DNA of 64,000 nt from Minisyncoccota bacterium (GCA_041665265.1 JBAYJE010000002.1:10836-74835), one strand, 5' to 3'. Counted from the first letter of the stretch, positions 1 through 10,294 are shown. The notes: generated by a model from the letters alone, not told the origin. Translations and numbers: made by a program.

Positions 1-2
1 CA

Positions 3-131
3 GCATCAGTTTCTGAAATAAAAAAGATGGCAGTAAAGGAGGGGATGGAGACAATGTTTGAAGATGGATTGGATAAAGCAGAACGTGGAATCACTACCAT
101 TGAAGAAGTGCTTCGTGTGGTAAACGAATAA
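3..131 (+). CDS. C-terminal end of type IV pilus/T2SS assembly ATPase (PilB/GspE family), partial
   Basis: Frame 3 reads ...EIKKMAVKEGMETMFEDGLDKAERGITTIEEVLRVVNE*, the typical GxTTxEEVLRV tail, directly upstream of pilC. Confidence 0.9.
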   Translation, partial: ASVSEIKKMAVKEGMETMFEDGLDKAERGITTIEEVLRVVNE

Positions 132-135
132 TTAT

Positions 136-1347
136 ATGGCACTCTATCAATACGAGGCAGTAGATAAAAAAGGGAAGAGTGTGAAGGGTGATTTCGAGGC
201 GCCTTCGAAAGATGCGGTAGTTGAATTTCTCTCAAAGCGTGGATTATTTCCCGTAGTGATTGGGGTACGAGGCGAAAAGAAATTAAATGCCGACATTGCC
301 CTTTTTGATCACATTCGACCAATCGACAAGATTCTTTTAGTGCGTAATCTTGGCGCAACAATAAAGGCAGGACTCAGCCTTATTGAGGCCTTGGATATTC
401 TTATTGTGGATACCACAAAAAAACCACTTAAGAATATTCTTATTCGTGCAAAGAGTAATCTTGAAAACGGACAGCCGCTTTCTTCAACATTTGCAGAATA
501 TAAAAAAGATTTTCCTGCAATTTTTGTAGGTCTCTTACGCGCAGGAGAGGCCTCAGGGAGACTTGATACTACCCTTGAAGAACTTTCCCATCACTTGGTG
601 CGAGAGTATGGACTTGTGCGCAAGATACGCTCAGCGCTCGCATATCCGATATTACTTCTTACTGCTTCTGTAGGTGTGGTGGTTCTTCTTCTTACTTTTG
701 TACTTCCACGCCTCGTAAAAACGTTTGCACAAAGCGGCGCGGAACTCCCTGCGGTGACGCGGGCCCTTATGTCAGCAAGTGAAATCGCTCTTTATAGTCC
801 TACGTTTGATGTTATTTTTGTTGCGATTCTTATATGGTTTTTCACTTTTTTTAGTAGAACAGAAATAGGAAAGAAGTTTTTTGATCGATTCTTTTTACGT
901 ATTCCTATTGCGAACGATCTCCTGAAAAAAATCTCACTCGTGCGTTTTACGCGGACTCTTTCGAGTCTTATTAAAAGTGGCACCCCCATTGTCGATGCAC
1001 TGCATCTTTCGGCAGATTCTCTTGGGAACATTCTTTATCGTACGGCGATTATTACTTCTGTTGAACAAGTGCGAAATGGAGTACCTCTTTCTCACTCACT
1101 CGAACAGTATCCTCATCTTTTCCCAAAATTTCTTACGAGCCTTATTCTTGTGGGAGAGAAAACGGGAACTCTCGAGGGAATTTTAAAAACTTTTTCAGAA
1201 TTTTATGATGAAGAAGTTGACGCATCACTGAAGGAACTTACTACTCTCCTTGAGCCGCTTCTCTTACTCTTTATGGGACTTATGATTGGTACTATTGCCA
1301 TCGCAGTACTTATGCCAATTTATCAGCTTATTGGTAAATTTAGATAA
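136..1347 (+). CDS. pilC: Type IV pilus platform protein (PilC/GspF family)
   Basis: N-terminal YQYEAVDKKG, two T2SSF repeats (GEASGRLD, GEKTGTLE), C-terminal LLEPLLLLFMG..MPIY. Confidence 0.95.
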   Translation: MALYQYEAVDKKGKSVKGDFEAPSKDAVVEFLSKRGLFPVVIGVRGEKKLNADIALFDHIRPIDKILLVRNLGATIKAGLSLIEALDILIVDTTKKPLKNILIRAKSNLENGQPLSSTFAEYKKDFPAIFVGLLRAGEASGRLDTTLEELSHHLVREYGLVRKIRSALAYPILLLTASVGVVVLLLTFVLPRLVKTFAQSGAELPAVTRALMSASEIALYSPTFDVIFVAILIWFFTFFSRTEIGKKFFDRFFLRIPIANDLLKKISLVRFTRTLSSLIKSGTPIVDALHLSADSLGNILYRTAIITSVEQVRNGVPLSHSLEQYPHLFPKFLTSLILVGEKTGTLEGILKTFSEFYDEEVDASLKELTTLLEPLLLLFMGLMIGTIAIAVLMPIYQLIGKFR

Positions 1348-1349
1348 TC

Positions 1350-1805
1350 ATGAGAGGATTTTCATTGCTTGAATTATTACTAGTAATTGGAATTCTCGCT
1401 ATTTTGGGCACGGTTGGTGCAGGATTCTATGGATCATTTTCAAGTAATGTACAACTCGATGCTACGGCGCGTGCCATCATTTCTGATCTTAAATTTGCGC
1501 GCGCAAAAGCTATCGCAGGAGAAAATAGATATAATTGGGGACTTCATTTCGTAAATAGTACCAGTAGCCCGTACTATCAGTTTTTTTCGACGACCGCATT
1601 AACGTATACCACTGATGCATCAACTACGGTAATTTCTACTACTACGCTTGGTAGTACTATTGTGTTTGTGACGCCTCCAATCTCTTCAAGTACTGACATA
1701 TTATTTAACGCAATTAGAGGCACTACTACCTCCTCAACTATTACTATTTCGCGAAGTTCGTCTACGCGATCAATCTATGTTTCTCCTTCTGGGATGGTTA
1801 ACTAA
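1350..1805 (+). CDS. Type IV pilin-like protein (FimT/GspH-like)
   Basis: Class III signal MRG/FSLLELLLVIGIL with Glu at +5; Ser/Thr-rich C-terminus. Confidence 0.9.
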   Translation: MRGFSLLELLLVIGILAILGTVGAGFYGSFSSNVQLDATARAIISDLKFARAKAIAGENRYNWGLHFVNSTSSPYYQFFSTTALTYTTDASTTVISTTTLGSTIVFVTPPISSSTDILFNAIRGTTTSSTITISRSSSTRSIYVSPSGMVN

Positions 1806-1809
1806 CTAT

Positions 1810-2451
1810 ATGCAAAAGAATATTTCAGAAAGCGGACAGTTACTTGTTGAGATGATTCTTGCAATTGCAGGTGCAGTTATTGTCCTCTCACTTGGTTCGC
1901 AACTCATTTATACGGGTCTTATAAGTAATAAAGCGGCAGGTGATAAGAGCGCGGCGGTAGGACTTATTGATGAGACATTTAATGCAGTTGAGGGTGCAAC
2001 CGTGGAGAACTGGAATAATCTTTTTAATCTCACAAAACCGAGTACCGCATATTATCCACAGAAGTCAGCGGGGAAGTGGGTGATTGCAACTGGTACTGAA
2101 GCGGTCTCAATCAACAACATAACATATGCACGTTCATTTACGATTCAAAATGTCTGTCGTTCAAGTTCAACGGTAACGGGCATTAGTGATACTGGGGGTC
2201 TTGCAGTCACTTGTGCTACGAATGGTGGCTCATATGATCCCTCGACTCAGCGGGTAAGTGTGACGGTTACCGCTTCAAGCAGCGACCCACTAGTCTCCAC
2301 AAAATATGTAACCAGGTGGAGAAATAAGGTGTGTGCCCATACGAGTTGGCTTTCCACAAGCACTGGCGTAGTCAGCTGTCCTTCCACCGTGTATACTTCA
2401 AAAACAAATGTCGAAGCAAGTTCGAGTATTACAATTTGTAGCGGTTGTTAA
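1810..2451 (+). CDS. Minor pilin (PilV-like)
   Basis: SG/QLLVEMILAI prepilin-like site; several Cys; ATG 1810 preferred over ORF-track start 1777. Confidence 0.75.
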   Translation: MQKNISESGQLLVEMILAIAGAVIVLSLGSQLIYTGLISNKAAGDKSAAVGLIDETFNAVEGATVENWNNLFNLTKPSTAYYPQKSAGKWVIATGTEAVSINNITYARSFTIQNVCRSSSTVTGISDTGGLAVTCATNGGSYDPSTQRVSVTVTASSSDPLVSTKYVTRWRNKVCAHTSWLSTSTGVVSCPSTVYTSKTNVEASSSITICSGC

Positions 2452-2460
2452 TTTATTTTT

Positions 2461-3084
2461 ATGATTACTTCTAAGTCACTATATCACTCAAATCTCACCC
2501 TTCTTTTTAGTGAAGTAGGATTTTCAGCACCAGAAAATGATGTATTTAATTCGCTCTATGGAGGCGATGCAGCACGAGGTATGAGGTTTGTGGATGACCC
2601 AGTTATTGGTGCAAAAGTGCTTACTCTTCCGCAATTAAAGATGCGCGCAGTTCTTGAGGGACGACGATTACGCATAGAAGATGAATCACAAGAAGAGCCG
2701 GGGATTTCGCGTGTTATTCTCGAATCGTTAAGAATAAATAGCATTTTTGAAAAAAATGAACTTGAGGCGTTCGGATTTAACTTCGATGTCTACTATCGCT
2801 TTAATAATGTAATTCCGATGAAATATATTTTCGAAAATATATTTGGGGATAAGATTTTGAAGAAAAAGGATCTTATGAATTTTGGTATGCAATTCAGTCT
2901 GGATAAAGGGAAACAGGGAATTGTGGATACTTATTTTTTGAAAATCACCGCACCGCTTGAGCTTATGGTGCATATGAATCGCCATTTTCCTACAAAAAAG
3001 ATGCCCCCAGAAAAAGAGCTCCGCGCTATGTTTGTGAATTGCTATAATGAAATAGAAGAAGTTATCAAAGATTCAAAGTGGTAA
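2461..3084 (+). CDS. Hypothetical cytoplasmic protein
   Basis: 207-aa ORF tightly packed in the pilus operon; no recognised motif. Confidence 0.6.
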   Translation: MITSKSLYHSNLTLLFSEVGFSAPENDVFNSLYGGDAARGMRFVDDPVIGAKVLTLPQLKMRAVLEGRRLRIEDESQEEPGISRVILESLRINSIFEKNELEAFGFNFDVYYRFNNVIPMKYIFENIFGDKILKKKDLMNFGMQFSLDKGKQGIVDTYFLKITAPLELMVHMNRHFPTKKMPPEKELRAMFVNCYNEIEEVIKDSKW

Positions 3085-3103
3085 CGGTTTTATTATTGCA
3101 CTC

Positions 3104-4879
3104 ATGTCCCTTCATCCAAACGGCGTAACATTAGATCAGCGGCATAAGAAGGGCGTTATCATGATAGCGCTCGTGACCTTATTCGAATTTGTACTTTCGA
3201 CTATTTTTGTTATTTCTCTCGCAAGTTTTACTTTGTTTCCTAATCAAGTAAATGCAGTGGCGGGTGTTTCTAAAAAACTCTCATATCAAGGACGACTTAC
3301 TGATACTTCGGGTAATGCGTTGGGCGGTGCAGGAACTACGTATTATTTTTGTCTTTCAATTTATGACGCGGCCGCTGCGGGTGCAAAATTATGGCCGGCA
3401 GGAACTCCTACTTCAGCGGGTGCAACGGTGACGAATGGCGTTTTTAATCTTGGTATTGGAGAGGCGGATTCACTCGCGACATATGATTTTTCTGCGAACG
3501 ATACCGAGTATTTAAATATTGAGGTTGCTGCATCAAATGGTACTTGTGGTGGAGCGCCCTTTGAAACACTCGCACCTCGTCAGAGACTCGATGCGGTTGC
3601 CTATGCTCGTGTTGCGGAGAATTTATCAGGAGGAAATGCCAGAGTAGGAACGGGTGCAGGAGTGACCAGCGGAAGTCAGAAATATGTACATCTTGATGTA
3701 ATGAGTCAAGCGGCAGTTGAGGCTACGGGAGATGCGTGTCCTACAGGATCGGTGAATGGCTCTGTGTGGTATAACTCATCGCGTACGCGTGCATTAGTTT
3801 GTGAAAACAATGTGATTCGCGTGTTAAGTGGTATTGAAGGAGTAAAGGAACAGAGTGTGGCTGCGGGAAGTGAGATAAAGTGGGGCGTGGTAAATATCTC
3901 AGGGTCTAACAATATCACGGTGAGTCAGACAGGAAGCACTATTCAACTTTCAGTACCAAGCCAGACCGTACAAACTCAGAATCTTCATAATATGACAATC
4001 TCTGGAAATACTGCGGGAGTACTCGCGGCTATTTCTTCAGGAACTCTTACTCTCGCGGGGGGGAATAATATTACCCTTTCTCAAAATGGAAATGCGGTGA
4101 CTATCTCTGCGGGCGCAGGCGGCGGAGGTGCCGCACTTCAGGGTTCGGGAACGTATAGCCAAAATACAGGGACGATTCAGTTTGCAAACTCAAATGGAGT
4201 TACTTTTGGTCTTTCTAATAATGGTGTGATGACCGCGAGTGTTGCTGCGGGTGGTGGCGGTGCAGGACTGACTCGAAATATGTATGACAATTTGGGAGGG
4301 CGTGACTTTATCACGAATATCACAAATATTACTGCCATTTCTCAACGCCCTGTATTCACCCCATTCTATTTAGACGCCGATATTCAGGTGGATAGAATTG
4401 CTCTTGAAATGTCGCGTGCAACATCTGGCTCAAATTTATTTACTGTGCAGATGGCACTTTATACGCAGGTGAATAGTACTCAGATTTCACGACTCGCAAG
4501 TTTACAAAATGTATTTTCAAATACCGCAACTGCAAGTATTTCTGGTGTGAGGCAGTTCCATCTTTCTGGATTTGAGGCTGCGGGAACCTCACTTTCACCA
4601 GGTGTATATATCATGGGCGCATACTTTTCAGCAGCAGCGACTGCAAGTATGAACTACTCAATTCGCGGAGGAATTACTGTGGCTCCTCCAGTGGGCATTA
4701 TTAATGTTGGTTCAAATGTAGTCTATACTGCAACTTCACAATTATCTACGAATCATTTGCGCATGTTTCAGGGGAGATATACTAATACTACAAATGCACT
4801 ACCCGCATCAGTTGCGGCAAGCCAGATACAAGGATGGACGTCCGCGGTACCCTTTTATTTCAGAATTCAAAATACATAA
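3104..4879 (+). CDS. Exported Gly/Ser/Thr-rich surface/adhesin-like protein
   Basis: Hydrophobic N-terminus ending VNA, LSYQGRLTD N-domain, repeats GSNNITVSQ / GGNNITLSQ / NSNGVTFG, poly-Gly linkers; start may be 3161. Confidence 0.7.
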   Translation: MSLHPNGVTLDQRHKKGVIMIALVTLFEFVLSTIFVISLASFTLFPNQVNAVAGVSKKLSYQGRLTDTSGNALGGAGTTYYFCLSIYDAAAAGAKLWPAGTPTSAGATVTNGVFNLGIGEADSLATYDFSANDTEYLNIEVAASNGTCGGAPFETLAPRQRLDAVAYARVAENLSGGNARVGTGAGVTSGSQKYVHLDVMSQAAVEATGDACPTGSVNGSVWYNSSRTRALVCENNVIRVLSGIEGVKEQSVAAGSEIKWGVVNISGSNNITVSQTGSTIQLSVPSQTVQTQNLHNMTISGNTAGVLAAISSGTLTLAGGNNITLSQNGNAVTISAGAGGGGAALQGSGTYSQNTGTIQFANSNGVTFGLSNNGVMTASVAAGGGGAGLTRNMYDNLGGRDFITNITNITAISQRPVFTPFYLDADIQVDRIALEMSRATSGSNLFTVQMALYTQVNSTQISRLASLQNVFSNTATASISGVRQFHLSGFEAAGTSLSPGVYIMGAYFSAAATASMNYSIRGGITVAPPVGIINVGSNVVYTATSQLSTNHLRMFQGRYTNTTNALPASVAASQIQGWTSAVPFYFRIQNT

Positions 4880-4882
4880 ATC

Positions 4883-5608
4883 ATGCAACCACAGATAATC
4901 GTACCTCAGTATAAAGGTGTTCATAATAGTAATATTGCAGAAGCAAATAAGAGGCTTGAAATATCAAAATCATATAAAGATTTATCCACAATCATTATTT
5001 GTCCTACACGAGGAACAATTTCTGCAAAAGTAGTACAGAGTTGGATGGGGTTGATGCGCCCCATGAATCAAAAGGTACTTGGTCCACTTTTTGCAATCGG
5101 TATGGAGGTGGGAGAGGCGTATAATTCGATGATTGAGATGGTTTTGCAGAACCCCGAACTTTCAACATGGAAATATATTTTGACGATTGAGGAAGATAAT
5201 ATGCCTCCCCCCGATGGCCTCCTTAAATTATATGAGTCGATGGATATATATGATGTAGTAGGAGGTCTTTATTGGACGAAAGGTGAGGGAGGGCAACCGA
5301 TGATTTATGGAGACCCGAAGATAGCTCCATTAAATTTTATTCCTCAAATTCCTATTTCAGAAGGTGTACAGGCCGCAAATGGACTTGGTATGGGATTTAA
5401 TTTATTTAAACTCGAGATATTTAAAAATGAGAAGTTAGAACGACCATGGTTTAAAACTCTTCAAGAATTTATTCCGGGACAGGGTGGACGGGGATATACA
5501 CAAGACCTCTATTTTTACGAACGCGCGGGGAAGCTAGGGTATAAGTTTGCGTGTGATACACGAATAAAAGTGGGACATTATGATGTGGCTATGGATGTGG
5601 TATGGTAA
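4883..5608 (+). CDS. GT-A fold glycosyltransferase-like protein
   Basis: IIICPTRG first strand, ILTIEEDN (DxD-like), GLGMGFNLF, TQDLYF and DTRIKVGH motifs of GT2-like enzymes. Confidence 0.75.
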   Translation: MQPQIIVPQYKGVHNSNIAEANKRLEISKSYKDLSTIIICPTRGTISAKVVQSWMGLMRPMNQKVLGPLFAIGMEVGEAYNSMIEMVLQNPELSTWKYILTIEEDNMPPPDGLLKLYESMDIYDVVGGLYWTKGEGGQPMIYGDPKIAPLNFIPQIPISEGVQAANGLGMGFNLFKLEIFKNEKLERPWFKTLQEFIPGQGGRGYTQDLYFYERAGKLGYKFACDTRIKVGHYDVAMDVVW

Positions 5609-6594
5609 CTTTTATGCAAAAAAAACGAGGTGAATATCTAGTAAGTATTTTTTTTGTTGTGAGTATACTCTTTTTGGTATATGGGGTTATTTTTTTGTGG
5701 CAACAAAATCAAGAAAGAGGCGAGAAAAAAGTGACAGAAGAAAACGGAGAAGTGAGTCACTCATTATTAAATCCATCTGTAACCGCAAATCTTGGCAAGC
5801 ATTATATTGTTAATATCGCTCCTTTGCGTGAGAAGCTCGTGGCGTTACAAAGAGAGTATAAGGAGAAAACATATATTTATTTTCTCTATCTTAACAATGG
5901 GGTATGGATTGGGTTAAATGAGAAGGATGTTTTTAAGGCAGCAAGCACGTTGAAGGTTCCTCTTGCAATGTCGGTGATGAAGACAGTAGAAGATGGATTA
6001 ATTGACCTTGATAAACCGTATACAATTGAAGCATCAGAGGTAGATGGCAGGTTTGGCGAATTATACAAAAAGGGGGTGGGCAATGAATATACATTAGGCA
6101 ATCTTATGGAGATTATGCTTGAGCAATCTGATAACACAGCAGCAAATGCAGTTAATGATTTACTTATTCGTCTTGGCATTAATGATCCGCTTGCGAATGT
6201 ATACACCGCACTTGGTTGGCAATATCTTGAGCCGCCCGTTGTTAATGAGACTCCTAACTATGCAGATATTAATTTGAAAACACTTACAAATATATTTTTA
6301 TCGCTTTATAACTCAACGTACCTTACTCCAGCTCACTCACAACAGATACTCACATATCTTGCAAACACTCCTTTCAATGAAAAAATTGCAGGTGGCGTGG
6401 CAAAAGATATTCCTGTAAGTCATAAGATTGGTATTAGTGCAGACACTGGTACATTTTCAGATTGTGGTATCGTATATGCGCCCAATCGAAATTACGTGTT
6501 ATGTGTCGGCACAAATGGTATGAGTGAACAAAAAGCAAATGAATTCATGGAAAAGCTTTCTTCTTCCGTCTATACTTATGTAGTTAATAATTAA
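5602..6594 (+). CDS. Membrane-anchored class A beta-lactamase-fold serine hydrolase (PBP-like)
   Basis: N-terminal TM; ASTLK (SxxK), QSDN (SxN), HKIG (KTG-like). Confidence 0.85.
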   Translation: MVTFMQKKRGEYLVSIFFVVSILFLVYGVIFLWQQNQERGEKKVTEENGEVSHSLLNPSVTANLGKHYIVNIAPLREKLVALQREYKEKTYIYFLYLNNGVWIGLNEKDVFKAASTLKVPLAMSVMKTVEDGLIDLDKPYTIEASEVDGRFGELYKKGVGNEYTLGNLMEIMLEQSDNTAANAVNDLLIRLGINDPLANVYTALGWQYLEPPVVNETPNYADINLKTLTNIFLSLYNSTYLTPAHSQQILTYLANTPFNEKIAGGVAKDIPVSHKIGISADTGTFSDCGIVYAPNRNYVLCVGTNGMSEQKANEFMEKLSSSVYTYVVNN

Positions 6595-6596
6595 TT

Positions 6597-7109
6597 ATGA
6601 AATTAGATATCGCATGCGGACAAAATAAACAGCCAGGATTTAAGGGGGTAGATGTGGTGGGAGGTCCTGGAGTGGATTATGTGTGGGACCTCGAAGTATT
6701 TCCGTGGAAGCCGTTTAAGGATAACTCGGTTGAAGAGGTATATGTGAGTCATTATGCAGAACACACGAAGGACCTTATGAAATTTATGAATGAGGTGTAT
6801 CGCATTTGTGAAGACGGAGCGAAAGTAACTATTGTGGGACCTTACTATACTTCAATTCGTGCGTGGCAAGATCCAACGCACACTCGAGCACTTTCGGAAG
6901 CGACATGGATGTATTATAACCAGGCCTGGCTCAAAATGAACAAACTAGATCACTACCCGATTACTTGTAATTTTGAGGTGTCAAAAATTCTTGTATTTTA
7001 TAATCCGCCGTGGGATAAAAAAACTGAAGAGGCACGACAATTTGCACAACAACACTATTTTAATGTTATTTCCGACATTCTCGTTGAGTTGAAGGTGGTT
7101 AAGGTATAA
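6597..7109 (+). CDS. Small class I SAM-dependent methyltransferase
   Basis: KLDIACG motif I, PFKDNSVEEVYVSHYAEH, DPTH. Confidence 0.85.
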   Translation: MKLDIACGQNKQPGFKGVDVVGGPGVDYVWDLEVFPWKPFKDNSVEEVYVSHYAEHTKDLMKFMNEVYRICEDGAKVTIVGPYYTSIRAWQDPTHTRALSEATWMYYNQAWLKMNKLDHYPITCNFEVSKILVFYNPPWDKKTEEARQFAQQHYFNVISDILVELKVVKV

Positions 7110-7116
7110 TAAAGAA

Positions 7117-7674
7117 ATGGAATTGATGAATCCCAATATAAAACGAATCTGGGAACTCGTAGGGCTTGCGTTTGCAATTATGTTTGTAGTGCTTCTTATT
7201 GTATTTCGAAGAGAACTTTCTGGTGCACCACGTGTGGTTGATATTGGACCTGCACCTGAGGTGAAACAGGAGATAATGACGAATCCATCTCTAACGTCGC
7301 TTCCTCCTCCTGAAAAGGAAGCAGTTCATGCAAGTACAATTGATTATAAGGGTGAGAAGATATTACCAAATAATACCGAAAAACTTCCTGAGGCAACTCG
7401 ATTCGAGTCATTTAGTTATGATCCCGCAGTAGGGAAGGAGGTAAATTTTACGAGTACTTGTAATGATGTGTATTATTCGGTACTTATTTTTAGTGGGTTA
7501 GATGATTATAAAAAGAACCCCGGCGCGGCCAAAGTGAATAACTCGTTCGCGTGTCCTACGAATCGTATCGCAGTTATTAAATTTAACATTGCGGATTTTA
7601 ACCTTCCCATCGGGCGATACTATGTATTTATTGCTGACCAAGGGAAAAGTGGTACGTGGTATAACCCGCGATAA
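7117..7674 (+). CDS. Single-TM extracytoplasmic hypothetical protein
   Basis: N-terminal TM, Pro-rich linker, beta-rich C-domain with two Cys. Confidence 0.65.
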   Translation: MELMNPNIKRIWELVGLAFAIMFVVLLIVFRRELSGAPRVVDIGPAPEVKQEIMTNPSLTSLPPPEKEAVHASTIDYKGEKILPNNTEKLPEATRFESFSYDPAVGKEVNFTSTCNDVYYSVLIFSGLDDYKKNPGAAKVNNSFACPTNRIAVIKFNIADFNLPIGRYYVFIADQGKSGTWYNPR

Positions 7675-7680
7675 TTATTT

Positions 7681-8136
7681 ATGAAAGTACTTAAACTGAC
7701 AGTAATTATCGGAGGTGTTATTCTCACATTTTTTGTGGGATTTTTCGTATCTCAATGGATAGATGTAAGACCCGAGGAAGATAGTAGAGATACCACTTCA
7801 TGGTATACGGTCCGTATGGTAGGTGGTGAGGAATATTATGGACATCTTGATTTGGTAACTAGCGACTCATTGAAACTCGATGATGTGTATTATATTGAGA
7901 CGCTGAGTGCTCCCATGGCCCCCATTTCTACAAGTACCAATTACCAATTGCAATCAGAATTAACACCGAAGGAGATTTATAACCTTGTTCGTAAAGGGGA
8001 GAATAGTACTTCATCTGAAGCACACACACTCTATTTAAATAAAAACGCAGTTGTTTCATGGGAGAAACTCACATCCGACGCACAAATGGTGAGGTTAATC
8101 GAGAAATCAAAAGGAGGTGCACAGGAGGCGAAATAG
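7681..8136 (+). CDS. Single-TM conserved hypothetical protein (Sm/SH3-like beta domain)
   Basis: TM then WYTVRMVGGEEYYGHL..LKLDDVYYI..LYLNKNAVVSWEKL. Confidence 0.65.
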   Translation: MKVLKLTVIIGGVILTFFVGFFVSQWIDVRPEEDSRDTTSWYTVRMVGGEEYYGHLDLVTSDSLKLDDVYYIETLSAPMAPISTSTNYQLQSELTPKEIYNLVRKGENSTSSEAHTLYLNKNAVVSWEKLTSDAQMVRLIEKSKGGAQEAK

Positions 8137-8144
8137 TTACACAT

Positions 8145-9317
8145 ATGAATAATCTTAAGAGTAATACTTATGTAGCGCTCCTCGTGTGTGTGTCGCTTGT
8201 GTTTCCTTTTCAAACCCTTGGATTTGAAGCTACTTCAACTACCTACGAACTTCATGGGGCCGCAGTAGAGAGTGTTTCTGGAAATGGAACCTCCACAAGC
8301 TATCAAGCAAGAAATGCAGGTGGGCAGACGGGTACCGGTATTTCTACAAATGTAAAAAAAGCATATTCAGGAATTCTTTATTGGCTTACAGGATTATTTA
8401 CTCAACAATATGAACAAGTGCATTATAGATGGCGCAATGATGACGGTACTGAGGTGTCAGCAACATTTGCAGCAAATGAAGATTCTCAATATTTAAATAT
8501 TCCTCAGAATACGACTAAGCGATTGCGATTTGAAGTTTCTAATTCGGGATGGACACGTGGCACGGCTCCACAATTTAAACTAGAATATGCATCAACCGGT
8601 ACATGTAGTGCTGGTTCGTATTCAGCGGTACCAATAAATACCACCTCATCTGAGTGGATGATTTCTACCTCAACAAATGTGACTGATGCGGAAGTAACGA
8701 CTAATGTGGCGAGTGGACTTACTGATGCAAATTCAACATTTGTGGCAGGTCAGGTGAAGACGACCGGAAATACCACGGCCGCCATTACTCTTACTTCCGA
8801 GCAATTTACAGAAATAGAATATGTGCTTGTGGCAAATACATCGAGTAATGGAGCGTATTGTTTTCGCGTAACGAATAATGGTGCAACAACTAATTTGCTC
8901 TATACCCAATATGCAATGGCGACGGTGTTAGCAGGTTTGCCTGCAACAGGGGATATAACCTCAGCTACATTTGATACGGGAGTCACGGGGGGAGTCGCTT
9001 ATAATTCAATGATGTGGCTTGGTACTGCGGGCACAGGCAAGGTACGTTTCCAACTTGCAACCTCAAATAGTACGAGTGGGCCTTGGTCATTTATTGGGTA
9101 TGATGGAGTAACCTGTGGGACGAGCTATTGGTATGACACAGGAATCTCACCTTCAGGAGGACCTGGAATTCCTATTGAGCTTACCTGTGCGCCACAGGAT
9201 CAAAACAATCAACGTTATTATCAATATCGTGTGCAGCTTTGTTCGGCAAGCGATTGCACAAGTGCAGGAGCAACAAGTCCGGTCGTCTCAGATGTTATGG
9301 TAAATTGGTCTCCATAA
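8145..9317 (+). CDS. Exported Thr/Ser-rich surface protein (candidate pilus-associated adhesin)
   Basis: Signal-like N-terminus from ATG 8145, YRWRNDDG domain, paired Cys, C-terminal RYYQYRVQL. Confidence 0.7.
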   Translation: MNNLKSNTYVALLVCVSLVFPFQTLGFEATSTTYELHGAAVESVSGNGTSTSYQARNAGGQTGTGISTNVKKAYSGILYWLTGLFTQQYEQVHYRWRNDDGTEVSATFAANEDSQYLNIPQNTTKRLRFEVSNSGWTRGTAPQFKLEYASTGTCSAGSYSAVPINTTSSEWMISTSTNVTDAEVTTNVASGLTDANSTFVAGQVKTTGNTTAAITLTSEQFTEIEYVLVANTSSNGAYCFRVTNNGATTNLLYTQYAMATVLAGLPATGDITSATFDTGVTGGVAYNSMMWLGTAGTGKVRFQLATSNSTSGPWSFIGYDGVTCGTSYWYDTGISPSGGPGIPIELTCAPQDQNNQRYYQYRVQLCSASDCTSAGATSPVVSDVMVNWSP

Positions 9318-9835
9318 TGAATATATATAATCAAAAAGGATTTAGTTTACTCGAACTTCTTATATATACCGCGATTCTTGCAATTGTTACGGTGGTTATT
9401 GCGGGAGCTTTTACTACCCTTAATAGGGGCCGAGGGAGGTCGGAAGCGCAGGTTGAGGTGAATTCTAACTTACGCTTTGCAATCGATCTTATTGCACAAG
9501 ATTTACGTTCGGCGACTGCAATTTCAGTGCCTGCAACTGCAAATGCAACCTCATCATCACTCTCAGCAATAGTAAGTGGAGTCGCAGTAAATTATTGTAT
9601 AACCTCGAGCACCTTACGGAGACAGTCGGCAGGCGCATGTTCTGCCTCTTCAGAAGCAGTTACTTCTAATCTTGTTTTAGTGGACAGCCTCCTTTTTACT
9701 CGTCTTGAAAATACTAATGCCACGCTTTCAAAAACCATTATTTCAATTGAGACGAGCTTAGCACTCAGTTACAACAGTTCAAGTCCAGATTGGCAATATT
9801 CTTCTAGCAAGAAAACAACGGTTGCATTGTATTAA
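9317..9835 (+). CDS. Minor pilin (PilW/GspJ-like)
   Basis: QKG/FSLLELLIYTAIL; ATG overlaps previous stop (TAATG). Confidence 0.9.
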   Translation: MNIYNQKGFSLLELLIYTAILAIVTVVIAGAFTTLNRGRGRSEAQVEVNSNLRFAIDLIAQDLRSATAISVPATANATSSSLSAIVSGVAVNYCITSSTLRRQSAGACSASSEAVTSNLVLVDSLLFTRLENTNATLSKTIISIETSLALSYNSSSPDWQYSSSKKTTVALY

Positions 9836-9838
9836 AGA

Positions 9839-10294
9839 ATGAACACCTTTTTTTCAAAAAAAATAATAGCTCGCGAAGGAGTAGCAACATTACCTACTAT
9901 TATTGCTCTTTCAATATTAATACTTGCAATAAGTATTGGTATCGCGGCATCGAGTTTTTCTGAACTTTTTATCTCACAAGGCCAATCCCAATCCTCGCAG
10001 GCATATGAATATGCAGAAGCAGGAATACGCGACGCACTTCATCGAGTTGCAATTGATAAAAATGCTTCGTCTACCTACTCAATTTCATTTGCTATAAATG
10101 GCTGTAGTTCAAATACGGCGTGTGCTTCAATCACTATTAGTAACGGCGTGGGATCTTCGGGAGACCCAAAGATTATTACTTCCTCAGGGCAATCAGGTAA
10201 TTTCGTTCGTAGATTACAGACCGGCATATTATTTGACGTATCATTGAATGGAGAAATAGCCACGACGACATGGCAGGAGATAACAACTCCCTAA
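9839..10294 (+). CDS. PilX/GspK-like minor pilin
   Basis: REG/VATLPTIIAL (no Glu+5) and QAYEYAEAGIRDAL, typical of PilX N-termini; ends WQEI. Confidence 0.75.
   Translation: MNTFFSKKIIAREGVATLPTIIALSILILAISIGIAASSFSELFISQGQSQSSQAYEYAEAGIRDALHRVAIDKNASSTYSISFAINGCSSNTACASITISNGVGSSGDPKIITSSGQSGNFVRRLQTGILFDVSLNGEIATTTWQEITTP

Noticed and set aside
5602-6594. Antibiotic resistance gene
   Set aside because: Fold motifs alone do not show beta-lactamase activity; deacylation residue not evident
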